A DNA stretch of 64,000 nt from Octopus sinensis (lineage: Eukaryota). This document shows, piece by piece, positions 1-11,745 of the stretch. The DNA lies in the NCBI RefSeq assembly GCF_006345805.1, contig NW_021833007.1, positions 30,001 to 94,000 of the forward strand, given 5' to 3'. Under the pieces are notes generated by a model. It was not told where the DNA came from and made no database searches. It saw only the letters and a list, made by a program, of their open reading frames with translations. Positions within the stretch are counted from its first letter, which is position 1. Every line of letters starts with the position of its first letter. A program made the position numbers and the translations under genes.

Positions 1-31
1 CTGCTTGTATGACAGTGACATTCATTTACAA

Positions 32-266
32 CAGTGTTTCTTGGCCATTTTGTTTTTACTTATGGACCCCTTTGATCCCTATTTTACTCAATGGATCCTC
101 CTAGTCATTTGATGTTTAAAAAATCCTATTATATTTCTATAATTAAATATTAGTAGGAATTGTATAAAAATATTAAAACACTTTGTGTATTGTAGAAGTA
201 TAACCAATTCATTGCTCATAAATTTTAACAACAAAATCTTATATAGACCCTGGTTGAGAACCACTG
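32..266. mobile_element. hAT (Charlie-like) MITE
   Basis: Termini cagtgtttct... / ...ggttgagaaccactg, similar to the TSD-bearing hAT MITE at 43787-44050. Confidence 0.6.
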
Positions 267-698
267 TATGTATGTATGTATGTATGTTTGAATACACATA
301 CACACTCACTCACACATATAAATAAATGAATAAATAAATAAATAAACTGATGTGAATTCTCCAAATCCAGTCTGTTAGTGACACAGTGAAGATTTGTTAG
401 ACATTTTGAAGAATGTCCATTTGAGATTCTTTAGGTGAAGAGATGCACACAACTGGGTGGGTGCATCAACAGCTCAACCAACACACCAACTCAACCTCAT
501 ATTTACAAACACTGGAAACTCTTTTGACTAAAAAGTTTTGTTGCTTTGTTAGTGACCAGCTTGAACTCTTTTAAGAAGAAAATAAGGCTCAAAGAAGAAT
601 CATACACACACACAGTGAACAATAAAAAGGAAAATGTAGGAGGAACAAATTTGAACAAACCCAATGTTAGCCTAATGCTTCATTGGAAAGAGAGAGTG

Positions 699-734
699 TC
701 TTAATGTTTTGGACATTAGTCCTTTATCAGAAGA
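699..734 (-). ncRNA. Degenerate minimal hammerhead-ribozyme-like motif (Penelope-type)
   Basis: Minus strand reads tctt-CTGATAA-A-GGAC-taat-GTCC-AAAA-catt-aaga: stems I and II intact, two core G-to-A changes. Confidence 0.45.
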
Positions 735-1076
735 AAAGAAAGGGAAAAGCATATATGGGAGTGAGAAAGAGATATATTCAATAAAAAGAAATAGGCAAAG
801 GGTTAGAAACCAAGTGGGAATGCTGTGATATTATAGGGGAGTTCAAAGAGAAGAGGTAGGTGTGCAGGTGTAAGTATATTGAATGCATCCATGTCTGGAA
901 AGAAGCATAAAGGGGTAGCGGTGTGTGTGTTAGTGTAGTGCATGTATATAGGGTTGTGCAAGTGGAAACATCCTTGTAATTGATGATGAAAATCATTCAC
1001 GTGTCCCAAATGCTACACAACTCTATTGTACCAACTCAAATCCAGGAATTTTATATATTTCCATGTGATCATTGTA

Positions 1077-1720
1077 GACTGAACTGCAAGAGAAACAGGA
1101 GACGTGTATGACTGTGAAATATGTTTTAATTTCATTATGTCAGAGATGAATTTTGATAAATCTGATAAAGTCAATTTCTTGAATGCAGTTTAACCTCAAT
1201 CTATGAGTCATCATCACGTGTTCTGGTAGTGGGCGAATCCAGCACATTGAGATTGTAGGGCATGACATGTTCAATACCGTGTATGCCCTCCTTGGGCACT
1301 CAAAAACAGCTGTACACCATCAGTACATGGAGTGCCTGAGGCAGTTCACAAAAGCCATTGGCACCTGTGCCCACACCCTGAGGAAAGCTGCCTCCAGCTC
1401 CACATGTGTTGCCAGCCTTGGGACCACCTGGTTCAGCCATCTCTGGATTTCATCATACAGGTATTCAAATGGATTCAAATCTGGGTTGAGAGCCAGATAC
1501 AGCATGGTTCTAATGTTGTACTGATGCAGGAAGTCCATGGTGAACTTGGCCATGTGGGAAGGAGCATTGTCCTGCTGGAGCATGTGGCTATGGTGACATG
1601 TGAAGAAGGGCATGATGTAAGGTCTTAGGATCTGATCAACATAGCGCTGCGCTTTGATGCCTTTCTCTCTGTCTGCACCAACATTTTGAAAAATAATCAC
1701 ATTTCTTTTGCAGTTTAGAG
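1077..1720 (-). mobile_element. Internally deleted Tc1-family DNA transposon
   Basis: ORF 1320-1736 has QDNAPSH...PDLNPFE with D-34-E spacing; imperfect TIRs (aactgcaagagaaac / atttcttttgcagttt) near 1078 and 1715. Confidence 0.8.
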
Positions 1721-2314
1721 TATATTTACTAGACACCTTACAACATCTACTTGGTGGCTCTTTTTATTCATTTAAACTAGTTATATAATTAAATATTCTG
1801 CAGTTGCTTTCTCTGATAACTGATGATTAACCATGTTAAATTTACTGAAATTGATAAATAATTATAGATATGACTCATTTTCAGTTTTGATACCAGCAAT
1901 TTGTTATACCACAGTCAAAGCATGATTAAAAATCAATACTTTCCCAGCTTAGCAGCTAATAATAGAGTTTGGAAAAAGTGTGGATGGTATCTCATGTCTC
2001 TGTTATGTTGAATTTTGAGTGTGTTATTTAGCTTTATTTTAATCTTACTGCTAGATTTTTTTCCAGCATTTTTGCTGTCTGTTCTAAATTTATTTCATAT
2101 GTTCTACACTCTTTATGGTATGATATCCTTAATATTTAAACAGGCCATATCTGGCCCAAATATTCTACATCTTTTATGCTCAAACAGGCCAGATCCTGCC
2201 TCTCACATCTACCTTACAATGTCATTCCATAGATAAGTTATATTTTTAAAAGTTGCAAAATAATGCACGATTAATTCAAATCAATGCAAATAAGCATTAT
2301 ATTTGACAGAATAA

Positions 2315-2550
2315 GGTGGTGAGCTGACAGAATCATCAGCATACTGGACAAAAGGCTTAGCAGCATTTCTTCTGGCTTTACATTCTGAGTTCAAACTATC
2401 ATTTAGAATCTGAGTTTGTTTAGTAAAATGAGTCAACTGTGTCATTCATCCTTTTGGGGTTGATGAAATACTCAATCAGTTTAGCATTGGGGTTAATTTA
2501 ATCTAGTCCTGCCCCAACAAGATTTCAGGCCTTGTACCTTTAGTAGGAAG
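2315..2550 (+). mobile_element. tRNA-derived SINE (Meta-type core), degenerate
   Basis: ggtggtgagctgacagaatc head, ttctgagttcaaa B-box and tcatccttttggggttgatg core; related copies at about 4850-5070, 7450-7640, 8730-9200 and 20785-20980. Confidence 0.65.
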
Positions 2551-2669
2551 GACTATATTTGACAGTGTAATCTGAATGCTAACAGGATTAAGTATTATCC
2601 ATTTATTTTATAAACAGAAACTATTTCTAAACCTGTGTGCATGTGTGTGTGTGTGTGTGAGAGAGAGAG

Positions 2670-2718
<49 letters not shown>

Positions 2719-3457
2719 GGAGTAAACACATAAATGTGAAACAAGGTGGAAAAAAGAGTACTCAAATACCAGTGGTAGAGTAATATGCTTTATTTTAAGC
2801 AGCAAAAGTATATATATATATATAGAGAGAGTGTGTGTGTGTGAGCGTGTGTGTGTGTGAGCATGTGTGTGTGTGTGTGAGAGCGTGTGTGTATGTGTGT
2901 GTGAGAGCATGTGTGTATGTGTGTGAGTGCGCACCCGCGTGTGTGTGTGTGTGTGTGTGTGAGTATTTGTACATATTTGTATGTGTGGGTAGTTGTTATT
3001 TCCACTTCTTTGCATGAGATTATCTAAACTGATTAATTATAATAATAACAACAACATTAAAATGAATAATGATATGGTGTTGTGCTTACATTAAGTCTCA
3101 TAACTTTGAATTTTGGAAGTAGTGAAATATAAAAATAACACCTGTACTTGTAATATAATTAAAGGTTGGTGACAAGAAAGGCATTCGAATATAAAATACT
3201 GTCTCAAATAAGTACATGTCTAACCTAAGCCAGTTTAGAAAACCAAATATAAAATAAACAACTAAACAAATGAATAATGCTTAATGATAATGCTTACTTC
3301 ATGATATTCATTACATTCTCAATCTTAAATTTCTACCAGTTAATCCTTCCCAAAGCCAAGAATTTTACTAAACAGATTCATATTTTATATGATAATTTTC
3401 TTTCTCAAGTTTTCTCTGCTGATCTTGCTTTCTTATATATATTTGTCTGCATATTAG

Positions 3458-3679
3458 GAAGATCCAATGGATGTTGTTGGATCTCTTACTGACAAAACAA
3501 AGGAAATCTACAATAACCAAACCATTATGTCTTTGGAAGAATTGATTGACTTAGCAAACTTGACAGGGAAGAATATTTTTATAGACGTACAAATCCCAGT
3601 CAAGGAAAATCCTTATTACCATACAGCTTATAAAAAAGCTGTTGATGTGATACTGAACACTGGAATTCTTCCTAAACAG
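3458..3679 (+). CDS. GDPD5: GDPD5/GDE2-like gene copy 1, internal exon (GDPD domain)
   Basis: ag|GAA...CAG|gt; EDPMDVVGSLTDKTKEIYNNQTIMSLEELIDLAN...ILNTGILPKQ resembles GDPD5 TDPFWTASSL...NQSICSLAELLELA...SGFPQHQ. Confidence 0.9.
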
Positions 3680-5123
3680 GTAGATTTTTTTTTTGCTTTC
3701 TTATTACTTGCATCTGTATGAAATATGCTAGTTTTGACATGTCAATTAGTTTCTGTTATTTATATGTTGATAGATGACACAGTTTCCTTCTTTGTACGGA
3801 GTGCTTTACGAACATTATTGATATCCTGGATAAAAGTTTGCACATAAAATTGAAAGTTCTAGCAATATTAGCATATTATATTTTCTAGTATACAAGTTGA
3901 ATTTTCAACCCAAAAGTTACAGCCAAAAAAAAAGGTCAACTTATACTGGACAAGTTTTGAGGACCAAAAGTTCTATGCAAAATGTAGCAGGATGAAATGT
4001 TTACACTATGTGTTTACACAATATACAACATTAACTTTTGTACTGGAAAATGATAGGCTCTCCTGCCAAAGATGATGTATGAATGTTCAGCTTTTTTGCT
4101 AAACAAACTGCACAGCTGATTTGTTTATAGTGATCTAATGTATGTGTTGTACATTAGCTCACTCCTTTCAACAAATCAAGGCTCATGTCAGGTGTTAAAG
4201 TGATTACAGAACAACGTGAGATGAAGTGTTTTGCTCAAGACAATAATGCACAACATGGTCTAAGAATTGAAACCTCAATCTCACAATCATGAATGTAACA
4301 CCCTAACTAGTAGTCTATGTGCTCTCAGGCTGGAAAATACAGTAGTTAATATTGCTAAAACTTATAACATGAATCTAGAGTGTTTTCCTTTAATGACATA
4401 TTCTTCAAATTATTTATTTTCGTGTAAAATTTTTAGCAACTACTGTTAGTAATATACTCTCCCTAGCTTGTGATTTTGCTAATATAATAGTTTGTAGTAG
4501 AGAGGTGGTATTGTCTGTTGTCTAATGTTGTATTCATAATGTTTAATGATGTTTGGTTGGCAGTAATTTTTTAATATTAGCTCTGACACATTTGGAAACA
4601 TCAAACCAAACTTTTCTTCTAACACTTTTTAAACACAACTGCTTGTGCTATGATACGCTGTTTCTACTCTTCTATTATTGTCCCAAATCCTTTCTCTTTG
4701 ACAAAGTATCCTTCCTTGAGGCAAGATTTGCATCTTGTGTTTCCTATCTTGTTTGTTTTCCAGGCTTCTATTCTACTCAGATCTTTTAAACACAACTACT
4801 ACGTCTATAATTGATTTGTCCAATATGTAGTTAATATAATCCCAATTTAATGTGGTAAGTTAGCAGAATTGTTTGCATGCCAGGCAAAATGCATAGCACT
4901 ATTTTGTCTGCCTTTACATTCTGTGTTCAAATTCTTCTGAGGTCAACTTTGCCTTTCATCCTTGCAAGAACAATAAAATAAGTACCAGTTGAGTTGCTGG
5001 GGGTCAATGTAATCAACTTACCCACCTTCCCTGGAATTGCTGACCTTGTGCCAAAATTTAAAACCAATATAATCCCAACTAATTTTATGAATAACCTTTT
5101 GTCCTCTGTTTCACTTTTTATAG

Positions 5124-5272
5124 ATTTGGTGGTTCTCAAAAGTCTATCATTCAGCATATACCACCAATTTTACACAAACTGGGACAAGTTATCTACCAGT
5201 TGAAGATCTCGTAAAATTGCATATCTCTAATTTCAATGCTAGGTATGATTCACTTAGTGAAGATGAAATCCT
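5124..5272 (+). CDS. GDPD5: GDPD5-like copy 1, internal exon
   Basis: ttttatag|ATT...CT|gtaagt; IWWFSKVYHSAYTTNFTQTGTSYLPVEDLVKLHISNFNARYDSLSEDEI; phases 0/2 fit the neighbouring exons. Confidence 0.88.
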
Positions 5273-5644
5273 GTAAGTTTTAATCTTTCTTATTTTTTTT
5301 TATAGCTTTGTCAATTTATCATTATTCTTTTTCTCTATACTTATTTATCCCATGTTTCATTACTCAGTTATTCTTGCTTTTTTTTCTTCTCAAATTTCAT
5401 TTTCTTGTTCATACTCTTTGAATTTACAATTTAAGTTAATTTACCTTGAACATTCAAACAAACATTAAAAATGCCGCTGCAGTTAATGTCTATGTTGTAT
5501 ATACTTTGAATTCTTTACCAATTTGATTCTGGTATTTACCTGTTATTTACACTGTTGAGAATCACAGCTGACCAAGTGAATAAACTCGTCATGTTATTGA
5601 TAGCTTGATATGTTACTGGTAGTCAGTAGTGTATAGTAATTATC

Positions 5645-6110
5645 ATCATCGTTTAACATCTGTTTTCCATGCTGGCATGGGTTGGATGGCTTGACAGGAG
5701 CTGGCCAGTTGGGGAGTTGTCCAGGCTCCAATTGTCTGTTTTGGAATGGTATCTATGGCTGGATGCCCTTCCTAACACCAACCACTTTACAGAGTGTGCT
5801 GGGTGCTTCCTACATGGAACCAGCATGAGTGCATTTTATGTGGCAGCTGCATGAGTGCATTTTACATGGTACTGGCACCTGCAAGTCAAGCACCTTTTAG
5901 CTGAGAGAGGGAGTGTGGACATGGCTATAAAGGACATCCCTATATGTATGGATGGCTGAGATTTTATGTAGCTTGATGTGTTTTCTGAGGTACAACAACT
6001 CACCACAAGTCTTGGTCCTTTGTCATCTCCTCATTGAGGCCCAGCATCTGAAGATCCTTTCTTGCCACTTCGTCCCACATCTTTTTGGGTCTATCCTATC
6101 TACAGATTTC
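5645..6110 (-). mobile_element. RTE LINE 3' fragment
   Basis: Reverse complement matches the 3' UTR and (GAT)n tail of the RTE at 32337-33915. Confidence 0.6.
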
Positions 6111-6155
6111 TAGTAAAGATATTTAATCATCTAAACTGATATATCAACGGAATGG

Positions 6156-6606
6156 TTAACTCACTTGGTACCGTATTTCTGTCAAAATACACTGCCATTT
6201 TTTCAATTAATTTTGAAATAATGAAGAATTTAGTAAAATAATTTAATCATTATTAAGCTGGTGTGTGGAACATAAATTAACAGAACAATTTGAAGGAATG
6301 TATAGATTTAGATCACATTAACTCTTTAACATTTCAACCAACCATATTTGACACAAATATTCTACCTGTTTTATGTTCAAACTGGCCAATACTAGTCTCT
6401 CACATCTACCCTGTAATGTCATTCAAACAATAAACAATCACATCATCAAAATTTCAAAGGTATGAGATAATGCACAACTAATTGAAAACAATCTGAATAA
6501 ATGAGCATTACATTTGAAATCTGAATACATTTGAAACTGAACGCTAATGAGTTAAACATGATAGAACTGATGGTAGTCTCTGGTGGGTTGTTGCCAAAAG
6601 GGTTAA
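6156..6606. mobile_element. Nested piggyBac-type (TTAA) MITEs
   Basis: Outer ttaactcacttggtacc...ccaaaagggttaa with inner ttaactctttaacatt...ctaatgagttaa; relatives at about 34351-34575 and 47213-47435. Confidence 0.55.
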
Positions 6607-6634
6607 TGCAAGATATCTCAATTCAGTGATTCAT

Positions 6635-6935
6635 CTTTTATCTTTTATTTGTTTCAGTCATTAGACTGTGGTCATGCTGGGGCACCACCTTGAAGAATTT
6701 TAGTCAACCAAATCAATCCCAGTTCTTAGTTTTTTGGGTTTTTTTAAGCCTGGAACTTATTCTATTAGACCCTTTGTCAAACAACTAAGTCACATGGACA
6801 TAAACACACCGATACCAGTTGTCAAGGCTTTGGTCAGTCCAAGGCTATAGAAGACACTTGTCCAAGGTGCTACACAGTGGGACTGAACCTGGAACCATGT
6901 GGTTGGGAAGCAAACTTCTTACTAAGTCTGCACCT
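6635..6935 (-). mobile_element. CORE-like tRNA-derived SINE
   Basis: Minus strand ggttccaggttcagtcccactg...accttggacaagtgtcttcta; same family as 18020-18425. Confidence 0.65.
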
Positions 6936-7092
6936 GCAAAAGTTTAGTTTGGCTATTTACCTTTGTTAGCCAATTAATGTTAATTATAGGACCCACTAAT
7001 GTGTTATATACTATGGTATAAATCTATAGAGTTAAATCATATTTAGACTTCTCTAACTGGTGACTATTCACTTTCATTTTTATTGTTTTCAG

Positions 7093-7240
7093 ACAATATC
7101 GTGAATCCAACATTACTACTAATGTCTACTTGGTTAATTCATACTGGCTGTTTTCCCTGTATTGGTGTCTGGGTGTACAATCTGTAACAACAGATGAATG
7201 TCATGTCCTCAATAAAATTGAAAAACCATTATGGCATTTG
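7093..7240 (+). CDS. GDPD5: GDPD5-like copy 1, internal exon with GC donor
   Basis: ttttcag|A...TTG|gcaagt; QYRESNITTNVYLVNSYWLFSLYWCLGVQSVTTDECHVLNKIEKPLWHL resembles DYASWNLSVNLYTVNAPWLFSLLWCAGVPSVTSD. Confidence 0.92.
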
Positions 7241-8941
7241 GCAAGTTTAAACCAATTCTTTTGAAGTTTCTGAAATTTTGTGTCTAATTTTATGTTTTGT
7301 ATTTAGTTTGAAATCTCTTAGGAATCTGTTTCTCATTCTAATATGCATTAAAATTTTCAGTAATTTAATTTCTTTCAATGAAGAAAAATAAGCATCTTTG
7401 ATGATCTTTGATGATCATACTGCTACTGCTACTGACACCAACAAATGATAATAATAATCCTTTCTACTACAAGAACAAGACTTGAAATTTTTTTGGGAAG
7501 GGACTAGTTGATTACGTTGACCCCACTGTTTCATTGATGAAAGGCACCGTCAACAGAATTTGAATTCAGAACATAAAGGCAGACGAGATGCCACTAAGCA
7601 TTTTGTCCAGTGTACTAATGATTCTGGCAACTCAGTGCCTTAATAATGATAATAATGATGATGATTTCAAATTTTGGAAGAAGTTCAAGAGTTTCAGAGA
7701 AAGGCAAACCAATTATATTAACCCCAGAGTTCAGCTGGTACTTATCCTATTGATCCTGAAAGAATGAATGGCTAAGTTGACCCTGGCATATAATAATAAT
7801 GTGTAACATATAGAAGATTGCAATGCTATGCACCACACACATATTATGTAGAACACTTTTAATTCAGTAAAAGATAATAAAACCAAAGCAAAACACCATG
7901 TGTAACCATGACACACAGCTGCATTCAATAGTGCAGAGAAAGCACACTGCAAAAAGAAAACTACTAGAAAACAATAAGAACAATATTCTGTTGTGTCTGG
8001 GGAGAATAATTTTCTTTTTGTGCCTTATAATTTAACACTCACCGGTAAAATTTCCCCATATTTCTTATTTTTATTTTCCTAAAATTTTCGTTGCATCTTG
8101 CAACCTTTTCAATAGTCTTGACTCTGTTATTTACACAGCCAAATCCAAGAATGAAATAAGAACAATAGTAATAGTAATAATCATTTTGAAAACTATGGGA
8201 TGCAACATGTTTTATTTTAAATAGAGAAAAGGCTGAAATGCTCAGTAATAAAACTATGAAGACAAATAGAGGTGAATTTCGATTTGTGAGTCTCAGGTGA
8301 TCATGATACAAAAGAAGCTTTAGCACATGTCCATAGATGGTGTTCTGCCAAAAAGTTAACATCAAACAGACAGACTCTTAATTTCACTGCCCAAGCAAAA
8401 TGCAAAGCCAAAAGAAAATAGTGGACAAATGACAACTACATTGAAGTACTATATGCATTCTGCACTGCAAATCTATACCTGAAACACAGAGATAATAAAA
8501 CAAGCATGAAATATCGAGAAGAAGAAATACTGATATAAGGAACACAACTCGTACTATACACAAAATGCACAATACAAACACTAATACAATGAAAGACTGC
8601 AATTAGACCCATAATAAAACAAACTAATGCAGTACAATATTGGAAAGAGTTTGCACTCCCCCCAAAAAGAACACACAATGCTACATACATGGAGGTGTAG
8701 CAGGTGATACAGTAGAAATTTGCCTGACACTAAGGCACAAGGCCTTGAAAATTTTTGGAGGAAGTGGGGGCTAGTTGATTACATTGACATCAGTATGTAA
8801 TTGGTACTTATTTCAGGGACTCTGAAAGGATGAAAGGTAAAGTCAACCTTGGTAGAATATGAATACAGAATGCAGTGGCAGACAAAATACTGATAAGCAT
8901 TTCACCTGGCGTGCTAACGATTCTGCCAGCTCGCCACCTTC

Positions 8942-8983
<42 letters not shown>

Positions 8984-9265
8984 TAATCCTTTCATGTTGT
9001 GGCATAAGTCCAGCAATTTTAGGGGTAGGGGCTAGTTGTTTGCATCAACCTGTGCTTCACTGGTATTTATTTTATTGACCCCCAGAAGGATGAAAAGCAA
9101 AGGTAACCTCATTAGAATTTGAACTTGGAACATAGAGAGCTGGAAGAGATGCTGCTAGACATTTTGTTTGACATGCTAACATACATATTTGCTTGCTCAT
9201 TGCCTGAGTAATACTAATAATAATAACAGTCCAAATATTTAATTTTCTTTTATGTTATCTTCCAG

Positions 9266-9348
9266 ACTCCAGGAACATATCTCATGACATGGGTTTCAGT
9301 TGATATAATATCTGCTATCATCATCATCACCATACTTATAGTACAATG
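9266..9348 (+). CDS. GDPD5: GDPD5-like copy 1, last transmembrane exon
   Basis: ttccag|ACT...TG|gtaagt; TPGTYLMTWVSVDIISAIIIITILIVQW resembles PPDEYCLMWVTADLVSFTLIVGIFVLQKW. Confidence 0.92.
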
Positions 9349-9462
9349 GTAAGTCAATGTATTACATGTAAAGTTTCGCATGTAATGGAAAATTATTGCA
9401 ATGTTTATCGAGTGATTTTTTTCCTTTATTGGTCACTTACTTAAAAACTTTAATCTTTGCAG

Positions 9463-9598
9463 GGTCCGGTTATTGGGAACACGCTTCAATCCAGAGACAA
9501 TTTCGTTACATTCTCAACAGACAATGACTATCCTTACAGACCAGTATCATTCTACTTCAAGACCTATGAAAGAAAATCTATTATTTACTGCTGACTAA
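9463..9598 (+). CDS. GDPD5: GDPD5-like copy 1, terminal coding exon
   Basis: tttgcag|G; VRLLGTRFNPETISLHSQQ...SRPMKENLLFTAD* resembles RLGGIRSYNPEQIMLS...IMKEKLIF; TAA at 9596-9598, next in-frame stop TAG at 9689-9691. Confidence 0.88.
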
Positions 9599-10099
9599 CT
9601 TGAAGAAGATGTTCTGGAAACAACTGATTCTCCAACCCATCATTACATGAATACAGCTGCAGATACTATTGTCATCAGTGTTCCTCAGTAGATACAAGTT
9701 TACTGAAAACATTGAGACAATTCAAAAGATTCATAGAATTCCAAACGAAATTCCATTTGTTATACTACTTTCCAGGAAAATATGGAATTTATAATTAAAA
9801 AAAAATATATATTTTATGAATGACTCTTTGTGATGGGATTTTGGCACATTTATTTTCCTTTTTTTTTATATACCAGAAAGCAATCTTTAGCTCTATCTTA
9901 ATGTGTTTTATTCTGTGAATATTTAAGATCTTTTTTTTTAATGGCTTAGTCAAAGGGCAAAGAGCAATATATATATGGAATAATTACTATGAAGCATTGT
10001 GTAGAATATTTGCATAAAGGATTGTGAGTAAGGCCAGAACAATGCAAAGTAAATGCAAGGTAAATCACAAGAAAACAAATACATGAATTAATGTACTTA

Positions 10100-11110
10100 C
10101 CTTGCATTTAATATTTCACGGTTATGACCCCATTTTCAAGAAATTAACGAATGTTGCCAATGTGCGTGTGTGTGAGCATGTGCGTGTGTGGAGTGGACAT
10201 GCACGGAAAGGTGTTGCTATAGCAAGCAGCTAGCTTCCTGTAACTCTCTTCCGTTGTTGATATTTGGTTTTCTTTGGTGTACGAGGATGGCCTCAGAGAT
10301 TCTAAGGTTGCCCTGTTCTGTTCTGTTGCCCTGATGTGCCCTGTGAATTTCTGGGTCTGGCATTTCCATAGATATTTCCTTACAGAAGTGTCTCCCTGCA
10401 TGTGTTCCTTTATGCGTATATGCAGTTTTCTTATTGTGCTTCCTATGTAGGATGCGTCACATTTGCCACAGATGATCTCATATACAACATTGGGTCCTCT
10501 GGCACAATTCAGTGTCATTGATGGAGCAGTTCGAATATGAATCAGTGTTATTGATGGAGCACTCCTCAGAGTAGTGAGAGGTGTTGTTCTTGGACAGAGC
10601 TTTTCTCAGGGAAGGGCTGTGTGCACTCTCTGTATGTCGCGTCCTTCTCTGCGGACTGCGTCTTGTACCACTGCAGTAGTTCTGTCATCAAAATGTGGTA
10701 ACTTTACGAAGCACGTGCCAGACTTGGGAATTCGATGGTTCTTCCAGTGTTTATTGACCCTGATGTTCTTTAGGTGCTGTTGTTTTGCTAAAGAATGGTG
10801 GGTAACCATTCAGGGTTAGGTCTCTGAAGAACTGTTTGGTGTTGATGGCTTTGTCAGTCCCTTCACTGCAATTGTTGTTTATATGCGCACTCTGGTTTGT
10901 CATGTAAGCAGCTTTGTCTCTGGTAGGTAAGGCTGATTAGTAGTGGACAAAAAGTTTTCTGCTAGTGGCTTTTCTGAAGAAGTTGGTAAATATGGAGCCT
11001 TCCTCAATGATCCTGAGTTGAAAGTTGAGTAGAAAGAGGGTTCCAGATTTGTCTGGATGTTCAATCTACAATTTGATAGTTGCTAGCACGGTGCCGTTCT
11101 ATTCTTGAAT
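10100..11110 (-). mobile_element. Penelope-like retroelement fragment (RT thumb + GIY-YIG endonuclease)
   Basis: NVVYEIICGKCDASYIGSTIRKLHIRIKEH (GIY-YIG); upstream FFRKATSRKLFVHY*SALP; hammerhead-like motif at the 3' end. Confidence 0.85.
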
Positions 11111-11654
11111 TTGCTGAGTTGTTTAGGTCTTTTGTTGAATATGTTTGTAACTTTGCTATTTTATTGTACCTCCCTGAATGATAGTTGCTAAATTGTCTTT
11201 GTTTCTTTTTAATACCCCAGAGTAAATGTTAATTGCAACTTGTAACACTGAATGATAAAAGTTACGATGAACTACAAATTTTAGATAATAAGAAATTCTA
11301 TTGTCTTTCCATATAAATAATCTGCCTAATTTTCTTTGCATTATCTATGTTACAAATTTAAAAAATACTAAAGAAAGTAATTTTGTGCACATAAAATAAC
11401 TTCCAGATTGCCAAAAGAATACTAAAAACTACTTTATAGCAAATTTGAATTATTTAAACAATTCAAAAATTGTGTCATAACATTGTCAGATGTACCATGT
11501 TCTTTGAATATGTCATTTCAACTTTTACATGATAATTGAATTGCTTTTCCTATATGTAGATTATTTTGAAAATTTTATTTTCTTGACACAAATTCCTTAC
11601 CACAGATGACATCATGATAGCTTCTTATTATCTCCCTTGAATTTAAAAAATATA

Positions 11655-11739
<85 letters not shown>

Positions 11740-11745
<6 letters not shown>

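Noticed and set aside
2608-3017. ORFs rich in HT/CV/YI dipeptides (also 40260-40755, 51942-53181, 57278-57722)
   Set aside because: Translations of (CA)n, (TA)n and (TATG)n microsatellites
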